A stretch of DNA of 64,000 bases from an uncultured Candidatus Binatia bacterium (GTDB lineage: Bacteria; Desulfobacterota; Binatia; UBA9968; CAXXLF01): the NCBI GenBank assembly GCA_965218425.1, contig OZ244621.1, forward strand, positions 1,792,001 to 1,856,000. The letters are read 5' to 3'. A program made the translations under genes and the position numbers. Each line of letters opens with the position of its first letter. Position 1 is the stretch's first letter. Of the stretch, positions 19,059-29,530 are shown one piece after another. The notes below the pieces were generated by a model that did no database searches, was not told where the DNA came from, and saw only the letters and a list, made by a program, of their open reading frames with translations.

Positions 19059-20142
19059 ACTGTATTTCGCATTCAGAGAGCTGCGCCGACTCTGGCCGCT
19101 CACAACTGAGACGATCCCAGCCGCCCCCTGGTCGTACCCTGCGGTTACCGCGGACGTTCCCACGGATACGCCCAGAGACAAAGTTAACCTGCCTCTTCAC
19201 ATCGCACTTTTCTGCGCCACCCTGGCAACCACCTCAATGGCTGGGGCATTCCAGTTGGGCGCCGATCCCCTGTCGAATCCAGCCTCCGTGGTCGCAGGCC
19301 TCCCCTTTGCGTGCACCCTAATGGCTATCCTGCTTTGTCACGAGATGGGGCATTACCTCGCGGCGCGCTCCCACGGCGTTCAAGCCAGCCTTCCCTATTT
19401 CATCCCGGGTCCACCTTTTCTGATTGGCACATTCGGCGCCTTCATCCGCATGCGGGCACCCACAGCCAACCGCCCGGTGCTTTTCGACGTGGGGGCTGCC
19501 GGACCATGGGCCGGTGTCGTCGTGGCCGTCCCAGCGGTGATCATAGGACTTCAATTCTCACAGGTGAGCACCACCATCCACACAGGGAGTGACCTTATCT
19601 TTGGTGATTCACTACTCTTCTCGTTGCTAACCCGGCTTAGCCTCGGTGTCTCAGTAAATCAGGTGACCATCGTGCCCCATCCCATTGCTCTGGCGGGATG
19701 GGTGGGTCTCTTTGTCACCTTTATCAACCTGCTGCCAGTGGGTCAGCTCGATGGCGGGCATATCAGCTATGCTCTTTTCGGTCGATATCAAAAATGGATA
19801 TCTCGATGCTTCCTTGTAGTGATACTCTTTTTAGGGTTCCAGGGTTGGTCCGGGTGGTTGATCTGGGCGGTCATGCTCTCATTTCTCGGGGTGGATCACC
19901 CTCCTACATGGGACCATTTCTCAGCTTTGGACCTGCGCCGCCGCGTGGGTGGATGGCTGACACTCCTATTGTTTGCAATCACTTTCATTCCGGTGCCTTT
20001 TACAGTGACGGAGCCTCTACCCCCCGGTGAGACCATAGCCGTCAGCTATCCCATGGTCCCAAGCCGAAAACCTTCCGATCCAGAGCCCTCGCGGAAACGA
20101 TTTCCCGACACGCTTCTGCGAGGCAAAGCTCTAGCCCTGTGA
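19048..20142 (+). CDS. Site-2 protease (M50 family)
   Basis: HEMGH, AGP and NLLPVGQLDGGH motifs. Confidence 0.93.
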   Translation: MDSKLYFAFRELRRLWPLTTETIPAAPWSYPAVTADVPTDTPRDKVNLPLHIALFCATLATTSMAGAFQLGADPLSNPASVVAGLPFACTLMAILLCHEMGHYLAARSHGVQASLPYFIPGPPFLIGTFGAFIRMRAPTANRPVLFDVGAAGPWAGVVVAVPAVIIGLQFSQVSTTIHTGSDLIFGDSLLFSLLTRLSLGVSVNQVTIVPHPIALAGWVGLFVTFINLLPVGQLDGGHISYALFGRYQKWISRCFLVVILFLGFQGWSGWLIWAVMLSFLGVDHPPTWDHFSALDLRRRVGGWLTLLLFAITFIPVPFTVTEPLPPGETIAVSYPMVPSRKPSDPEPSRKRFPDTLLRGKALAL

Positions 20143-20160
20143 ATATTGGAGAAAGATCCT

Positions 20161-20622
20161 ATGAATAATCGACTGACCTGGGATCAATACTTCATGACCA
20201 TTACCCAACAGGTGGCTGAACGCTCCACCTGCAATCGGGCAAAGGTGGGTGCCGTAATCGTGCGGGACCGCAACATCCTGGCTACGGGATACAATGGCGC
20301 GCCTGCCGGGATGCCCCACTGTACGGAAGCGGGGTGCCTCATATACGAATCCAAGACCCCCTATGGTGAGGTGGAGCAGAACTGCTTTCGCACCATCCAC
20401 GCTGAGATCAATGCCATCGCCCAAGCGGCGAAGAATGGGTCAAACATCAAAGACTCCTCCATTTACGTGACCCACACGCCGTGCATCCACTGCATCAAGG
20501 TCCTCGTCAATACCGGCATCAAGAACGTGTACTATGAGTCGCCCTACAAGGTTCATACACTAGAGGAGATCCTCCGAAACACCCGGGTCCACATGGAAAA
20601 GGTCCATCTGCCGGGAAAATGA
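20161..20622 (+). CDS. dCMP deaminase / ComEB family
   Basis: RSTC.RAKVGA, TGYNGAP, HAEINA and PCIHC motifs. Confidence 0.92.
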   Translation: MNNRLTWDQYFMTITQQVAERSTCNRAKVGAVIVRDRNILATGYNGAPAGMPHCTEAGCLIYESKTPYGEVEQNCFRTIHAEINAIAQAAKNGSNIKDSSIYVTHTPCIHCIKVLVNTGIKNVYYESPYKVHTLEEILRNTRVHMEKVHLPGK

Positions 20623-20969
20623 AGCTTTCACTGGATCAACCTCGGTCGGTCGAGCTTCCTTCGGATCATGCTCCCTCGACCAAAGGTATGGTTCGACAAG
20701 GGGAATGTGGGCTTGGCGGCCTGCCTCTCAGCGGGAGCCGACCGGCCTCTACCTCGAGGCCCCGTCCTTTGACCTGACATGCCAAATTGGCAAGAGCTGC
20801 CAGTATCGGACGTCTCCCTATTCTTCGCGCCAGGCCCCCTTCGCCCGACAACCTAGATCAACGAGGGGAGCGAGGATGAAGGGCGTGGGCATCGAACGTT
20901 CAGCTTCAGATATTCACCGGTCTGTTGCCCACGGCCTGAAGACTCGATCCCCGAGGAGAAGGTAAGCTT
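20622..20969. other. Long nested-stem intergenic element (ncRNA or MITE), family member 2
   Basis: At least ten nested or local inverted repeats (listed in the finding). Confidence 0.6.
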
Positions 20970-21327
20970 TGGAATGTCGATTCACCGGTATTGGCGGGGG
21001 AGTGGACTGCTGGGCTCGGGGGCCCGTCCCTCAGCAGAATAAGTGTTGAGTGTTCAGCGAGGGTTGCGAAGCGCATAGAGCACAACGCAAACAGAGGGCA
21101 GAAAGCGACGAGCAGAAATCAAATTCCTACACGTCTACCGCGCATTGCGCTGTGTTTCCCGCGATCCTCGATTTTCCATCCTCTCTCCTCGATCTTAATT
21201 CTTCTCCACTCAGCACTCGTTACTCATTGCTCACTTCGGGCCATGCCCCCTGCGCCCCAGTATTTTTTGAACGCAACTCTGGCCCACTTGTTATCCAGAG
21301 GAGCAGTGATCCACTACGGATGCGGAT

Positions 21328-21355
21328 AAAAAGGGCGGAGAATGCTCCCCGCCCT
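21328..21355 (-). terminator. Intrinsic terminator of the atp F0 operon
   Basis: AGGGCGGGGA/TCTCCGCCCT hairpin followed by a T-run on the minus strand, 25 nt after the atpE stop. Confidence 0.7.
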
Positions 21356-21379
21356 CGTTTTTGCCCGCTTTGCCAAGCC

Positions 21380-21706
21380 TTACAGCTTTGCCTGCAGTAA
21401 AAAGGCTATCAGCAAAGCATAAATGGCTAGCGCCTCGATAAAGGCCAATCCAAGCAGCAGCGGAGTAAACAGTTTATCCGCCGCATTCGGATTGCGCCCG
21501 ATGCTTTCCATCGCAGTCGCCGCCATCCGGCCCTGTCCTAGGGCAGCGCCAAAAGCAGCAATGGCTATGGCTAAACCTGCTCCTAGGGCAATGGCAGCCT
21601 TGGCCGTGGAGTCGGTTTGACCCGCGGCTTGCGCTGCCGCTGCCGTGGAACTCAAGTAAACGAGCCACAGACCAGCACCAACAAGTACCGATAGCAGTCT
21701 TTTCAT
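21380..21706 (-). CDS. atpE: ATP synthase F0 subunit c
   Basis: GxxxGQG, RNP loop and IEALAIY; signal-peptide-like N-terminal extension. Confidence 0.95.
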   Translation of the reverse strand: MKRLLSVLVGAGLWLVYLSSTAAAAQAAGQTDSTAKAAIALGAGLAIAIAAFGAALGQGRMAATAMESIGRNPNAADKLFTPLLLGLAFIEALAIYALLIAFLLQAKL

Positions 21707-21781
21707 CTCTTCCCTCCCTTCCAGCGGACCCGAGAGCGACCCTTCCTCTCTTCTCTCTTCCTCCCTGCTCTTTCCATCCGC

Positions 21782-22465
21782 TTAATGCTCATGGCTGACG
21801 GCCATGGCTACATATATTATGCTCAAGATAGTAAACACCGATGCTTGAATCACGGAAACCAGGGTTCCCAGCAGATAAAAGGTTACTGGAACCACCACCT
21901 TCGTCAAGTCGGTAAAGATCTCGATCACCAGGTGATCGCCGAACATGTTACCGAACAGACGAAGTCCCAGAGATACCGGACGCACCAAATGGGACACCAG
22001 TTCCAAGATAATAAAAAAGGGCGCGAGGAACAGCACCGGTCCCATAAACTGTCTGATATAACCAGCCCCGTGCTCCCTGATGCCAATCACGTTATAGGCC
22101 GCGAAGGAAACCAATCCCAGTCCCAGCGTGGTATTCAAATTGCTCGTGGGCGGGGAAAAGCCCGGTAGCAGGCCAGAAAGATTCGATAGCAGTATGAAAC
22201 AAAAAAAGCTCGCAAACATGGGGATGAATCTTCGTCCCTTTTTACCCACGATCCCATCGCTGAGCGTAATGATCAACGAGACCACCAGCTCTAATATATT
22301 CCTCAGGCTCAAACCCGCATCCGGGATTACCGGGTCTTTGGCGCGGGACAGGGCGAGTCTTGCCAAGGAACCAATCCCTATGAGCAAGGCGACCACTACA
22401 ATGCCAAAGAAGACATGTTGGGGTAAAAACGGAGCCAGGAGATTCCATGTGTACGGATGTTCCAC
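21782..22465 (-). CDS. atpB: ATP synthase F0 subunit a
   Basis: NLSGLLPG..PPT, RPVSLGLRLFGNMFGDH and IQA.VF..L motifs. Confidence 0.95.
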   Translation of the reverse strand: MEHPYTWNLLAPFLPQHVFFGIVVVALLIGIGSLARLALSRAKDPVIPDAGLSLRNILELVVSLIITLSDGIVGKKGRRFIPMFASFFCFILLSNLSGLLPGFSPPTSNLNTTLGLGLVSFAAYNVIGIREHGAGYIRQFMGPVLFLAPFFIILELVSHLVRPVSLGLRLFGNMFGDHLVIEIFTDLTKVVVPVTFYLLGTLVSVIQASVFTILSIIYVAMAVSHEH

Positions 22466-22855
22466 TTATCTTGTTGCCTCCATCAAGTCTTTACGGTGCC
22501 TCAAGCCATGGGCAACCGCCGCCACCAGGAGACAGGAGATTCCCAGGGCAAACGACACGGCATCGAACTGAAACTTCAAGAAAAAAGCCGACAGCAAGCC
22601 TAAAAACAACAAAAGCTTAAGCGTCAGTAAAATAACACCGGACCGGATCCTGCCTTTTCCGGCAAAGGGGGTCAGGACGCTGCGAATCCCCAGGCCCAAC
22701 AACAAAAAGTTAACTCCCATGAAGAGCCCCCCCGCCAAAAGACTATAGGGCTCAACCATCCCCAGCGGTACCAGCGCAGCAAACAATACGAGAACCAGAG
22801 TTACCTGCCAGAGCACAACCTCGAATATTGGATAGTTCGCCGCTGACATTTTCAT
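22466..22855 (-). CDS. atpI: ATP synthase subunit I
   Basis: Four TM helices; position in the atp operon. Confidence 0.75.
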   Translation of the reverse strand: MKMSAANYPIFEVVLWQVTLVLVLFAALVPLGMVEPYSLLAGGLFMGVNFLLLGLGIRSVLTPFAGKGRIRSGVILLTLKLLLFLGLLSAFFLKFQFDAVSFALGISCLLVAAVAHGLRHRKDLMEATR

Positions 22856-23109
22856 TTCTTACCACCCGAAAGCCGTTGCAGCATGAAAATCAACCGGACA
22901 AAAGCCCCCACTAGAGCGAATAACGTGATGGGCACGATAAACCAGGGGGATGTCTCGAAGAACCGGTCTAACACATAACCTAAAGCGAAACCGCCCAGGA
23001 TGGTACTGGGAAACTCCAAACCAATGGCGGCATACTTGCTAAAATTGACAAAGGCAGGAGTATTATCCTCTGGGCCACTCGGGGGGTGGCCATTCCCACG
23101 CTGGCTCAC
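22852..23109 (-). CDS. AtpZ/AtpI-family protein
   Basis: IG...GGFALGYVLD.FF.TSPWF motif. Confidence 0.8.
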   Translation of the reverse strand: MSQRGNGHPPSGPEDNTPAFVNFSKYAAIGLEFPSTILGGFALGYVLDRFFETSPWFIVPITLFALVGAFVRLIFMLQRLSGGKK

Positions 23110-23143
23110 TCCGTATCTTCATTAGCATCGGTCTCATGTGGGG

Positions 23144-24436
23144 TCAACCCTTTCTCTCCGACCGCGCCCAGTCCTCAAATCTCCGAAGGGTTTTTGCAAC
23201 GTCGGCAGCACTATGAGCCAGGGAGATAAATACAGCCTCGAAGGGAGACGGTGGCAGGTAGATGCCCCGTTTCAACATTCCATGAAAGAAACGGGCAAAC
23301 CGATCGCGATCACAGCCCCGCGCCTCTTCAGCATTGCCCACCCGGTCCACGCCGAAATATAGCGTCAACATGGACCCCACGCGATTCACCACGCCAGGCA
23401 CCTTGTACCGAGCCAAGACCCGCTCCATTTCCTGCTGGAGATGTCTCCCTCTCTCTTCGAGTTTTCCATACACTCCACGACTCCTAAGGACCCGTAACGT
23501 GGCGATACCTGCGGCTACGGCCAAGGGGTTTCCAGACAAGGTTCCAGCCTGGTAGACGGGACCTTCAGGAGCCAGAAGATTCATAATCTCCTGCTTTCCG
23601 CCAAAGGCCCCCAACGGCAGCCCCCCTCCCAAAACCTTCCCGAGACATGTCAGGTCTGGCGTAACACCGTAGAGGTCTTGTGCGCCCCCCGGAGAAACCC
23701 GGAATCCGGTTATCACTTCATCAAAGATCAATAGAGCCCCATGATCCCGGGTCGTTTTTCTTAGGGACTGCAAGAAATTTGGCGCGGGTGGGATGACCCC
23801 CATATTTCCGCATACCGGTTCGACGATAACGGCAGCGATGTTCTCTGAATGTTCGCGTAGCAAAGCCTCCACATGCTCTGGGCTGTTGTAGGGCGCTACG
23901 ACCGTTTCCTTGGCATAACTCTGCGGAACTCCCGGGCTGTCAGGTACCGACAAAGTGGCCAACCCGGACCCTGCCCTGGCGAGCATCCCGTCCGCATGGC
24001 CATGATAGCAACCGTCGAACTTCACTATCTTGTCGCGTTGGGTGTAGGCCCTCGCCAGACGAACCGCACTCATGATTGCTTCCGTTCCCGAGCTTACCAA
24101 CCGTAACTTCTCTACGGATGGCATTCGCTCATACACCATCTCGGCCAACACTACCTCGCCCTCCGTTGGTGCGCCGAAGGTGGTTCCCCTAGCTGCGGCT
24201 CGCTTCACGGCAGCTAGAATTCGTTGATCCGCATGACCGAGGATAAGCGGCCCCCAAGAGCCGAGATAATCAAGGTATTTCCTGCCCTCATGGTCCACCA
24301 GGGTAGCTCCCTTTCCCCGCTGTATTACTAGTGGTGTTCCGCCCACAGCTTTCCAGGAGCGCACAGGGCTGTTGACCCCGCCCGGGATCCTGTTATATGC
24401 ACGGGAAAGTATTTTGTCCGACTTACTTCTCGCCAT
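23144..24436 (-). CDS. hemL: Glutamate-1-semialdehyde 2,1-aminomutase
   Basis: PGGVNSPVR, SWGPLILGH, SGTEA, FDEVITGFR, LGKVLGGG and QAGTLSGNP motifs. Confidence 0.96.
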   Translation of the reverse strand: MARSKSDKILSRAYNRIPGGVNSPVRSWKAVGGTPLVIQRGKGATLVDHEGRKYLDYLGSWGPLILGHADQRILAAVKRAAARGTTFGAPTEGEVVLAEMVYERMPSVEKLRLVSSGTEAIMSAVRLARAYTQRDKIVKFDGCYHGHADGMLARAGSGLATLSVPDSPGVPQSYAKETVVAPYNSPEHVEALLREHSENIAAVIVEPVCGNMGVIPPAPNFLQSLRKTTRDHGALLIFDEVITGFRVSPGGAQDLYGVTPDLTCLGKVLGGGLPLGAFGGKQEIMNLLAPEGPVYQAGTLSGNPLAVAAGIATLRVLRSRGVYGKLEERGRHLQQEMERVLARYKVPGVVNRVGSMLTLYFGVDRVGNAEEARGCDRDRFARFFHGMLKRGIYLPPSPFEAVFISLAHSAADVAKTLRRFEDWARSERKG

Positions 24437-24439
24437 AGA

Positions 24440-25060
24440 CTAATGAGCCTCGTAGCATCAGATGAACGGGGTTTCAACAACTAAGGGATAAAAGTTCCCC
24501 TCCCTATCTTTTCCCTTGCAAAGACAAGTGAAAATGATTATGAAATGCTCCTCCAATCCTTTAACAAGAATTTGCTCAACATGTTGGACAAGAATTAAAT
24601 TCTTAATGCTGTTCTTTGTGATGTTGCCTTTGCCCAGCTTCTCATGGTCCTCGATTCCAGCGTATCAACATGTTCCTTACGACTATCTCTCATGGTTTCT
24701 CACACTGTGGAAGGGATCATTCCACCGTCATTCATGCCTTAAAAACCGTTGAGGAGAAAATCCAACAGGATCCGTACGTCCAAGCCACCGTAGATATACT
24801 CACTAAATCATTGAAACCCTAGCTGGGGATAACCTGTGACTGACGTTGGGAGTAACGTGGATAAAACCAGTATCATGGGCTATGATGACACTTAAAGTTT
24901 AGATAGAGCGTAAACCACCCTTTGAAACGCACAATGAAAATCATTATATTTCAGCACCTTGGGGTGTTTTCATCTGTTACCCACAGGACTTACAGTTACT
25001 ACTGATATATTTTAATTAAGAGAGAAGAATAAGGGCTGGTTAATTGCGGAAGGAGTCCGA
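24440..25060. other. oriC: Probable replication origin oriC
   Basis: AT-rich intergenic region upstream of dnaN. DnaA-box matches TGGGGATAA (24824), CGTGGATAA (24856) and TTACCCACA (24977), the last followed by GGAC, TAC-type trios and an AT tract. Confidence 0.75.
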
Positions 25061-25063
25061 GCA

Positions 25064-26170
25064 ATGGAATTCAAGGCTAGACGAGAAGATTTTTTAAATG
25101 CGCTGTATTGGACCCAAAGTACGGTCGAACGCAGAACCACTATGCCCATTCTGGCAAATGTGTTGATCGAATTTCAAAAAGGAAACACGCGCGTCACGGC
25201 AACGGACTTGGAAGTAGGGGTCAGGGCAAAACTGGAGGGAGAAATTCTTCAAGAAGGTGCCATCACCATAAATGCAAAAAAACTCTATGAAATAGTTCGA
25301 GAATCCGGAGGGGACGCGATTCAGTTAAAACGTCTGGAAAATGACTGGGTGGAAATAAAAAGCGGAAAATCAATTTTCAAGATGGTGGGTTTGGATCCAA
25401 AGGATTTTCCCAGTTTTCCGGAATTCGGTGATGAACATTTATTTTCTGTTCCTGCAAAAGTTATGAAGGAGATGATCGATAAGACAATGTTTGCTGTATC
25501 CACTGACGAGACCCGCTCAAATCTCAATGGGGCGTTCCTGGAGGAGGGGGAAGGGGGAAAACTCAGGATGGTAGCTACGGATGGACATCGTCTAGCTCTC
25601 ATTGAAAGGGCCGTAGGAAGCCTTGGTTTGGCTAAGGGGGTAATTCTGCCCAGGAAGGGATTGGCTGAGCTGAAAAAACTCCTCGAAGAATCCGACGATG
25701 AAATGGCCCAATTTGGTTTTAAGGAGAACATAGCCTCAGTTCTGAAAGGTAATGTAGAACTCTTTATGCGTTTGTCGGAAACGGATTTCCCTGACTACGG
25801 CAAGGTAATACCTAAGGCAAATCCCTTCAATGCCAGGGTAGAACAGCGTGGGTTCCTACAAGCCCTCAAACGGGTTTCCATCCTGTCCAGTGAGCGGTAC
25901 AAGGGGATAAGGATAGAGGTGAAGCCGACAAATATGTCCATATCGGCAAATAACCCGGACTTGGGGGAGGCGGTGGAGGAGCTAGAGGCGGAGTATGAGG
26001 GAAAGACCCTGGCAGTGGGGTTTAACGCCCGCTACTTGATTGATGTTCTGAGCGTGCTGGGAGACGAGAGGGACGTGGGGATCGAAATGAAAGACGAATT
26101 GAGCCCGAGCCTGCTCAGGAAAGACGGGGATGACGGCTATATGTACGTGGTCATGCCCATGAAACTTTAG
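25064..26170 (+). CDS. dnaN: DNA polymerase III beta clamp
   Basis: PILANVL, ATDLE, ATDGHRL, GFNARYLID and YVVMPM motifs. Confidence 0.97.
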   Translation: MEFKARREDFLNALYWTQSTVERRTTMPILANVLIEFQKGNTRVTATDLEVGVRAKLEGEILQEGAITINAKKLYEIVRESGGDAIQLKRLENDWVEIKSGKSIFKMVGLDPKDFPSFPEFGDEHLFSVPAKVMKEMIDKTMFAVSTDETRSNLNGAFLEEGEGGKLRMVATDGHRLALIERAVGSLGLAKGVILPRKGLAELKKLLEESDDEMAQFGFKENIASVLKGNVELFMRLSETDFPDYGKVIPKANPFNARVEQRGFLQALKRVSILSSERYKGIRIEVKPTNMSISANNPDLGEAVEELEAEYEGKTLAVGFNARYLIDVLSVLGDERDVGIEMKDELSPSLLRKDGDDGYMYVVMPMKL

Positions 26171-26197
26171 GTGGCATCGGTATAGGAGACCACCCTG

Positions 26198-26701
26198 GTG
26201 GCTGTCCACGAACATAAAAAAAATGCCGCGCATGGTCTTGGTGTCATGGTGGTGACAGTAAGCGACACGCGGGATGAGCACACGGATCAAAGTGGTCAGT
26301 TAATAAAGGAAATGTTAGCGGAGGCAGGGCACAGGACCGTAGGGTATAGGATTGTCAAAGACGAGCCAAGAGGTATTGAAGGGCTCTTACGCGAGACTCT
26401 GGCAAGGAAAGACCTTGAGGTTATTATACTAAACGGTGGGACCGGGATAGCGCCGCGGGACGGCACCTATGAGGTGGTGAGTCGTCTCTTGCAAAAGCGA
26501 CTCGATGGATTTGGGGAGATCTTTCGTTATCTGAGTTTTCAAGACATTGGCTCGGCGGCAATCATGAGCCGTGCCTGTGCTGGCACTGCGGGAGATAAAG
26601 CCATGATTTCGTTGCCGGGTTCCACAGGCGCGGTACGACTTGCTATGGAACGGCTCATACTCCCCGAAATAGGTCATATGGTCTCACAGTTGCGAGGATA
26701 A
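26198..26701 (+). CDS. moaB: Molybdopterin adenylyltransferase MoaB/MogA
   Basis: TVSD, DQSG, GGTGIAPRD.T.E and LPGS motifs. Confidence 0.9.
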   Translation: MAVHEHKKNAAHGLGVMVVTVSDTRDEHTDQSGQLIKEMLAEAGHRTVGYRIVKDEPRGIEGLLRETLARKDLEVIILNGGTGIAPRDGTYEVVSRLLQKRLDGFGEIFRYLSFQDIGSAAIMSRACAGTAGDKAMISLPGSTGAVRLAMERLILPEIGHMVSQLRG

Positions 26702-26946
26702 TGAAGGTAAAGGTTAGATTCTTTGCCGCTCTCAAGGACCGGGTAGGGACCGGTGAGATCACTAAAGAAGTGGCGGAAGACTGTACTGTGGGAAAACTGT
26801 GGGATGAGTTACAGAAGGACTATCCAAAACTTGCGCCAGTAAATATGAGATTGCTCTATGCCGTCAACAGAGACTACGTGAGTACAGATCATGCGCTTAA
26901 GGACATGGACGAGGTGGTTTTCGTGCCGCCTGTCAGTGGCGGTTAG
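26701..26946 (+). CDS. moaD: Molybdopterin synthase sulfur carrier
   Basis: VRFFA...AVN...PPVSGG C-terminus. Confidence 0.95.
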   Translation: MKVKVRFFAALKDRVGTGEITKEVAEDCTVGKLWDELQKDYPKLAPVNMRLLYAVNRDYVSTDHALKDMDEVVFVPPVSGG

Positions 26947-26949
26947 AAT

Positions 26950-27393
26950 ATGTATCGTGTGACGGAAAAAGCCCTCGAGCTCCAGGAGCTCATTGACTTT
27001 GTGGCCGATCCGGAGGCCGGGGCCGTAGCTACTTTTATTGGCACGGCGCGGAACCACAATGAAGGTCGAAAGGTCATCTCGCTGGATTACGAGGCCTATC
27101 CGGAAATGGCAGAGAAGGAATTGGCGCAATTGGGGCAGGAAGCACGGGAGCAATGGAAGCTTTGCCGGTTGGCCATCGTTCACCGAATCGGGCCGGTGCA
27201 AATAGGTGAGACAAGCGTCATGATCGCAGTGTCCGCCGCCCATCGACAGGACGCCTTTGCGGCTTGCCGCTTCGCCATTGAAGAGATCAAGAAAAGGGTG
27301 CCCATCTGGAAGAAAGAGGTATTTGAAGGCGGTGAAGTCTGGATTGGCACACAAAGCGGACAACCCTTTTCCGCCACTCAGGGAAAGGGATGA
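26950..27393 (+). CDS. moaE: Molybdopterin synthase catalytic subunit
   Basis: GA..TF.G..R, YEAY, HRIG and PIWKKE motifs. Confidence 0.95.
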   Translation: MYRVTEKALELQELIDFVADPEAGAVATFIGTARNHNEGRKVISLDYEAYPEMAEKELAQLGQEAREQWKLCRLAIVHRIGPVQIGETSVMIAVSAAHRQDAFAACRFAIEEIKKRVPIWKKEVFEGGEVWIGTQSGQPFSATQGKG

Positions 27394-27415
27394 GACCGAA
27401 TTTATCCCAACCGGA

Positions 27416-28075
27416 CTAGGAAGAATTCCCCTCCTTGAGGACGCGTTTCCTCACACGTCCTCGTAACCAGATGATGAGGCCGATGAGCGCCAGTGCGATG
27501 AAGAGGGATACCAGTGTCTCCGTACGGTCGATGCCGTGGGCGAGCCGATGGTAGGTGTCCCCGAGCCCCCACCCTAGATAGGCCAGGAGCAGACACCTGG
27601 GGATGCTACCGTAAAGTGTCCACAGAATAAATGTCGCAGGGGACAGCCGCACGAACCCAGCGGCCGCTGAGATCAACGACAGAGGAAAGATGGGCAGCGC
27701 GCGGAGAAAAAAGATAGTTGCCCTGACCTGGTTGCCGCGCAGGCGATGTTGAAAGGCGTCCACCTCACGCCATTCAAGACCCAGGAAGCCTTTCCAACGC
27801 TCAACAAGAGGCTTGCCCCCCCAGAACCCAATGCCATAACCAACGAATGCCCCTAATGTGGAACCGACGGCCCCCGGTAAAACAATTACAAGGATGATGG
27901 GAGTTAAGGCCTCAACAAAGGTTAGCTGCGGATTGATCAGGATAAACGCAGCGCCCATGATCACAAGGGGTGATGGAATAGGGACGATGACCGACTCGAT
28001 CATGACCCCGGCGAAGACGCTCCAGGCGCCGTAGGTTCGTATGGACTCCATGATCCAGTCAACCATTTCTCCCAT
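27416..28075 (-). CDS. DedA-family membrane protein
   Basis: ESVIVPIPS, GS..GA...Y.IG..GG and LR.LP motifs. Confidence 0.88.
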   Translation of the reverse strand: MGEMVDWIMESIRTYGAWSVFAGVMIESVIVPIPSPLVIMGAAFILINPQLTFVEALTPIILVIVLPGAVGSTLGAFVGYGIGFWGGKPLVERWKGFLGLEWREVDAFQHRLRGNQVRATIFFLRALPIFPLSLISAAAGFVRLSPATFILWTLYGSIPRCLLLAYLGWGLGDTYHRLAHGIDRTETLVSLFIALALIGLIIWLRGRVRKRVLKEGNSS

Positions 28076-28087
28076 TAAGGACTCCCT

Positions 28088-29526
28088 TCATATAACTCCG
28101 GCTGGACTTAGAAGATATGCGGTGGCCAGGGTTATATAGGCCAGGCATGAAACCATGAGGAGGCCAAGGCTCAGCCTCCCCGGTTTCGCCTCGGTGGGTA
28201 GGTGACGTGGCAGGATAATGTGGTTCAAGAAAACCAGGGCAATGGAGAATAGGACCGTGCCCACAAAACCGATGACGGCGGAGAGCAAAATGAGGGGGCC
28301 GGGTGCGTTTAGTTGGATGGTTATTGCGGTGACTACGGAGAGAAGCAAAACAAAGAACAGGTACCAGGAGCGCACGGGGATCTTTTGGGCACGTGGGAAG
28401 AAGCCGTAGACAAGGTCCGTATGAATCCGGCTCACGCCGTCCACGGTGGCGAGCCAGGTGTCAGAAAGAAAGGCCGCAGCCACAATGAGGAATAGGATTC
28501 GCCCAATGGGTCCCCAACTAATTTCGAAAAATCGGCTTTGGACCACCGCCAGCTCGTAGCCGTCGGGCAGTATACCTTTTGGAAAGAGTAACGCATAGGC
28601 CAGGAGACAGGTCATGGGCGTCGTCAAGATATTGCCTCCGATACCGACCCAACATCACAAACCAAATAGCGTCGCCATTTCGGCAGCTCCTTGAGATATG
28701 AGTCCTCCTCGGGGATAAACCCCGAGGAGGGGATTACCTCCGGCTTGCCAGTGACGGGTCCTGTGATCCGGCCGACGTAGTGGGCAAGCCCAATGCCCTT
28801 GTCACGGATCCAGTAGGAGTAGAGGAGGGTCCAGAAACCGCCAAGGCCAGCGAAGGTAATCGCAGTGAGAAGTTTTGTGGCGTCATTGGTGTCCCAGGGC
28901 CTTGGCATTGGCAGTTGGGGGACAAAAAGACCCTTCAGGAAAGAGGGGAGGACTCGGAGGGCATCGGGATGCGTCGAGGCCCAGAAAAGCCCCACCAAAG
29001 TTACCAGAGCCACCGCCCACATGAAAACCCCTATCACTCGGTAGACGATGCGGCTCATTAGAATCGCGAATAAAAAAACTGTCATTGAGAGATATGCCCA
29101 GAAAAGGGTCTGGCCCCTTTGACTCCACCCAGCAGGAAAGTCCGTCAGTGCTGCGAGGGAAGTCCCTCCGGCTGCTGCAAAGGCGCCAAACCAGAGAAAG
29201 GAGAGGGTTAGGAGGATCCATAGGACGAGAGCGAAATAGCGGTTCAAGCGCATAAACCCCTGGCAAATGCTTTCTCCGGTGAGTGTTGTGTAACGGCCAA
29301 TCTCGTAAATTATGGGGAATTGCAACAAGCAGGCAGGGAGAAGTAAGAAGAGAAAAGTGAGCCCGTATTTGGCGATTATGAACGGCCACCAAATAAATTC
29401 ACCGCTCCCTTGAGCTAGGGCCATGAAAATGACCCCTGGTCCAAGGGTAGCGATCAATCCTGGAAATACAGGGAAGGAGGCCTTCCGGTAGGCGGGAAGG
29501 ATTCCCCAAGGTTGACCGTCCGCCAT
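28088..29526 (-). pseudogene. Nramp-like/APC membrane transporter split by a 1-nt frameshift near 28649
   Basis: GPG....AQGSGE.IWWP...YG N-terminus. Adding one G restores DVGVGIGGNILTT and joins ORFs 28624..29526 and 28088..28627. May be a sequencing error. Confidence 0.7.
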
Positions 29527-29530
29527 CCAG

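Noticed and set aside
20650..20670. Minus-strand GATCCGAAGGAAGC resembling the SRP RNA core
   Set aside because: The flanking CAGG and GCAGC domain IV elements do not match.
21380..23109. Split atp operon and extended subunit c
   Set aside because: Common in deltaproteobacterial lineages; not novel.
24516..24752. 78-aa ORF upstream of dnaN
   Set aside because: No DnaA-like motifs; it lies within the origin-like noncoding region.
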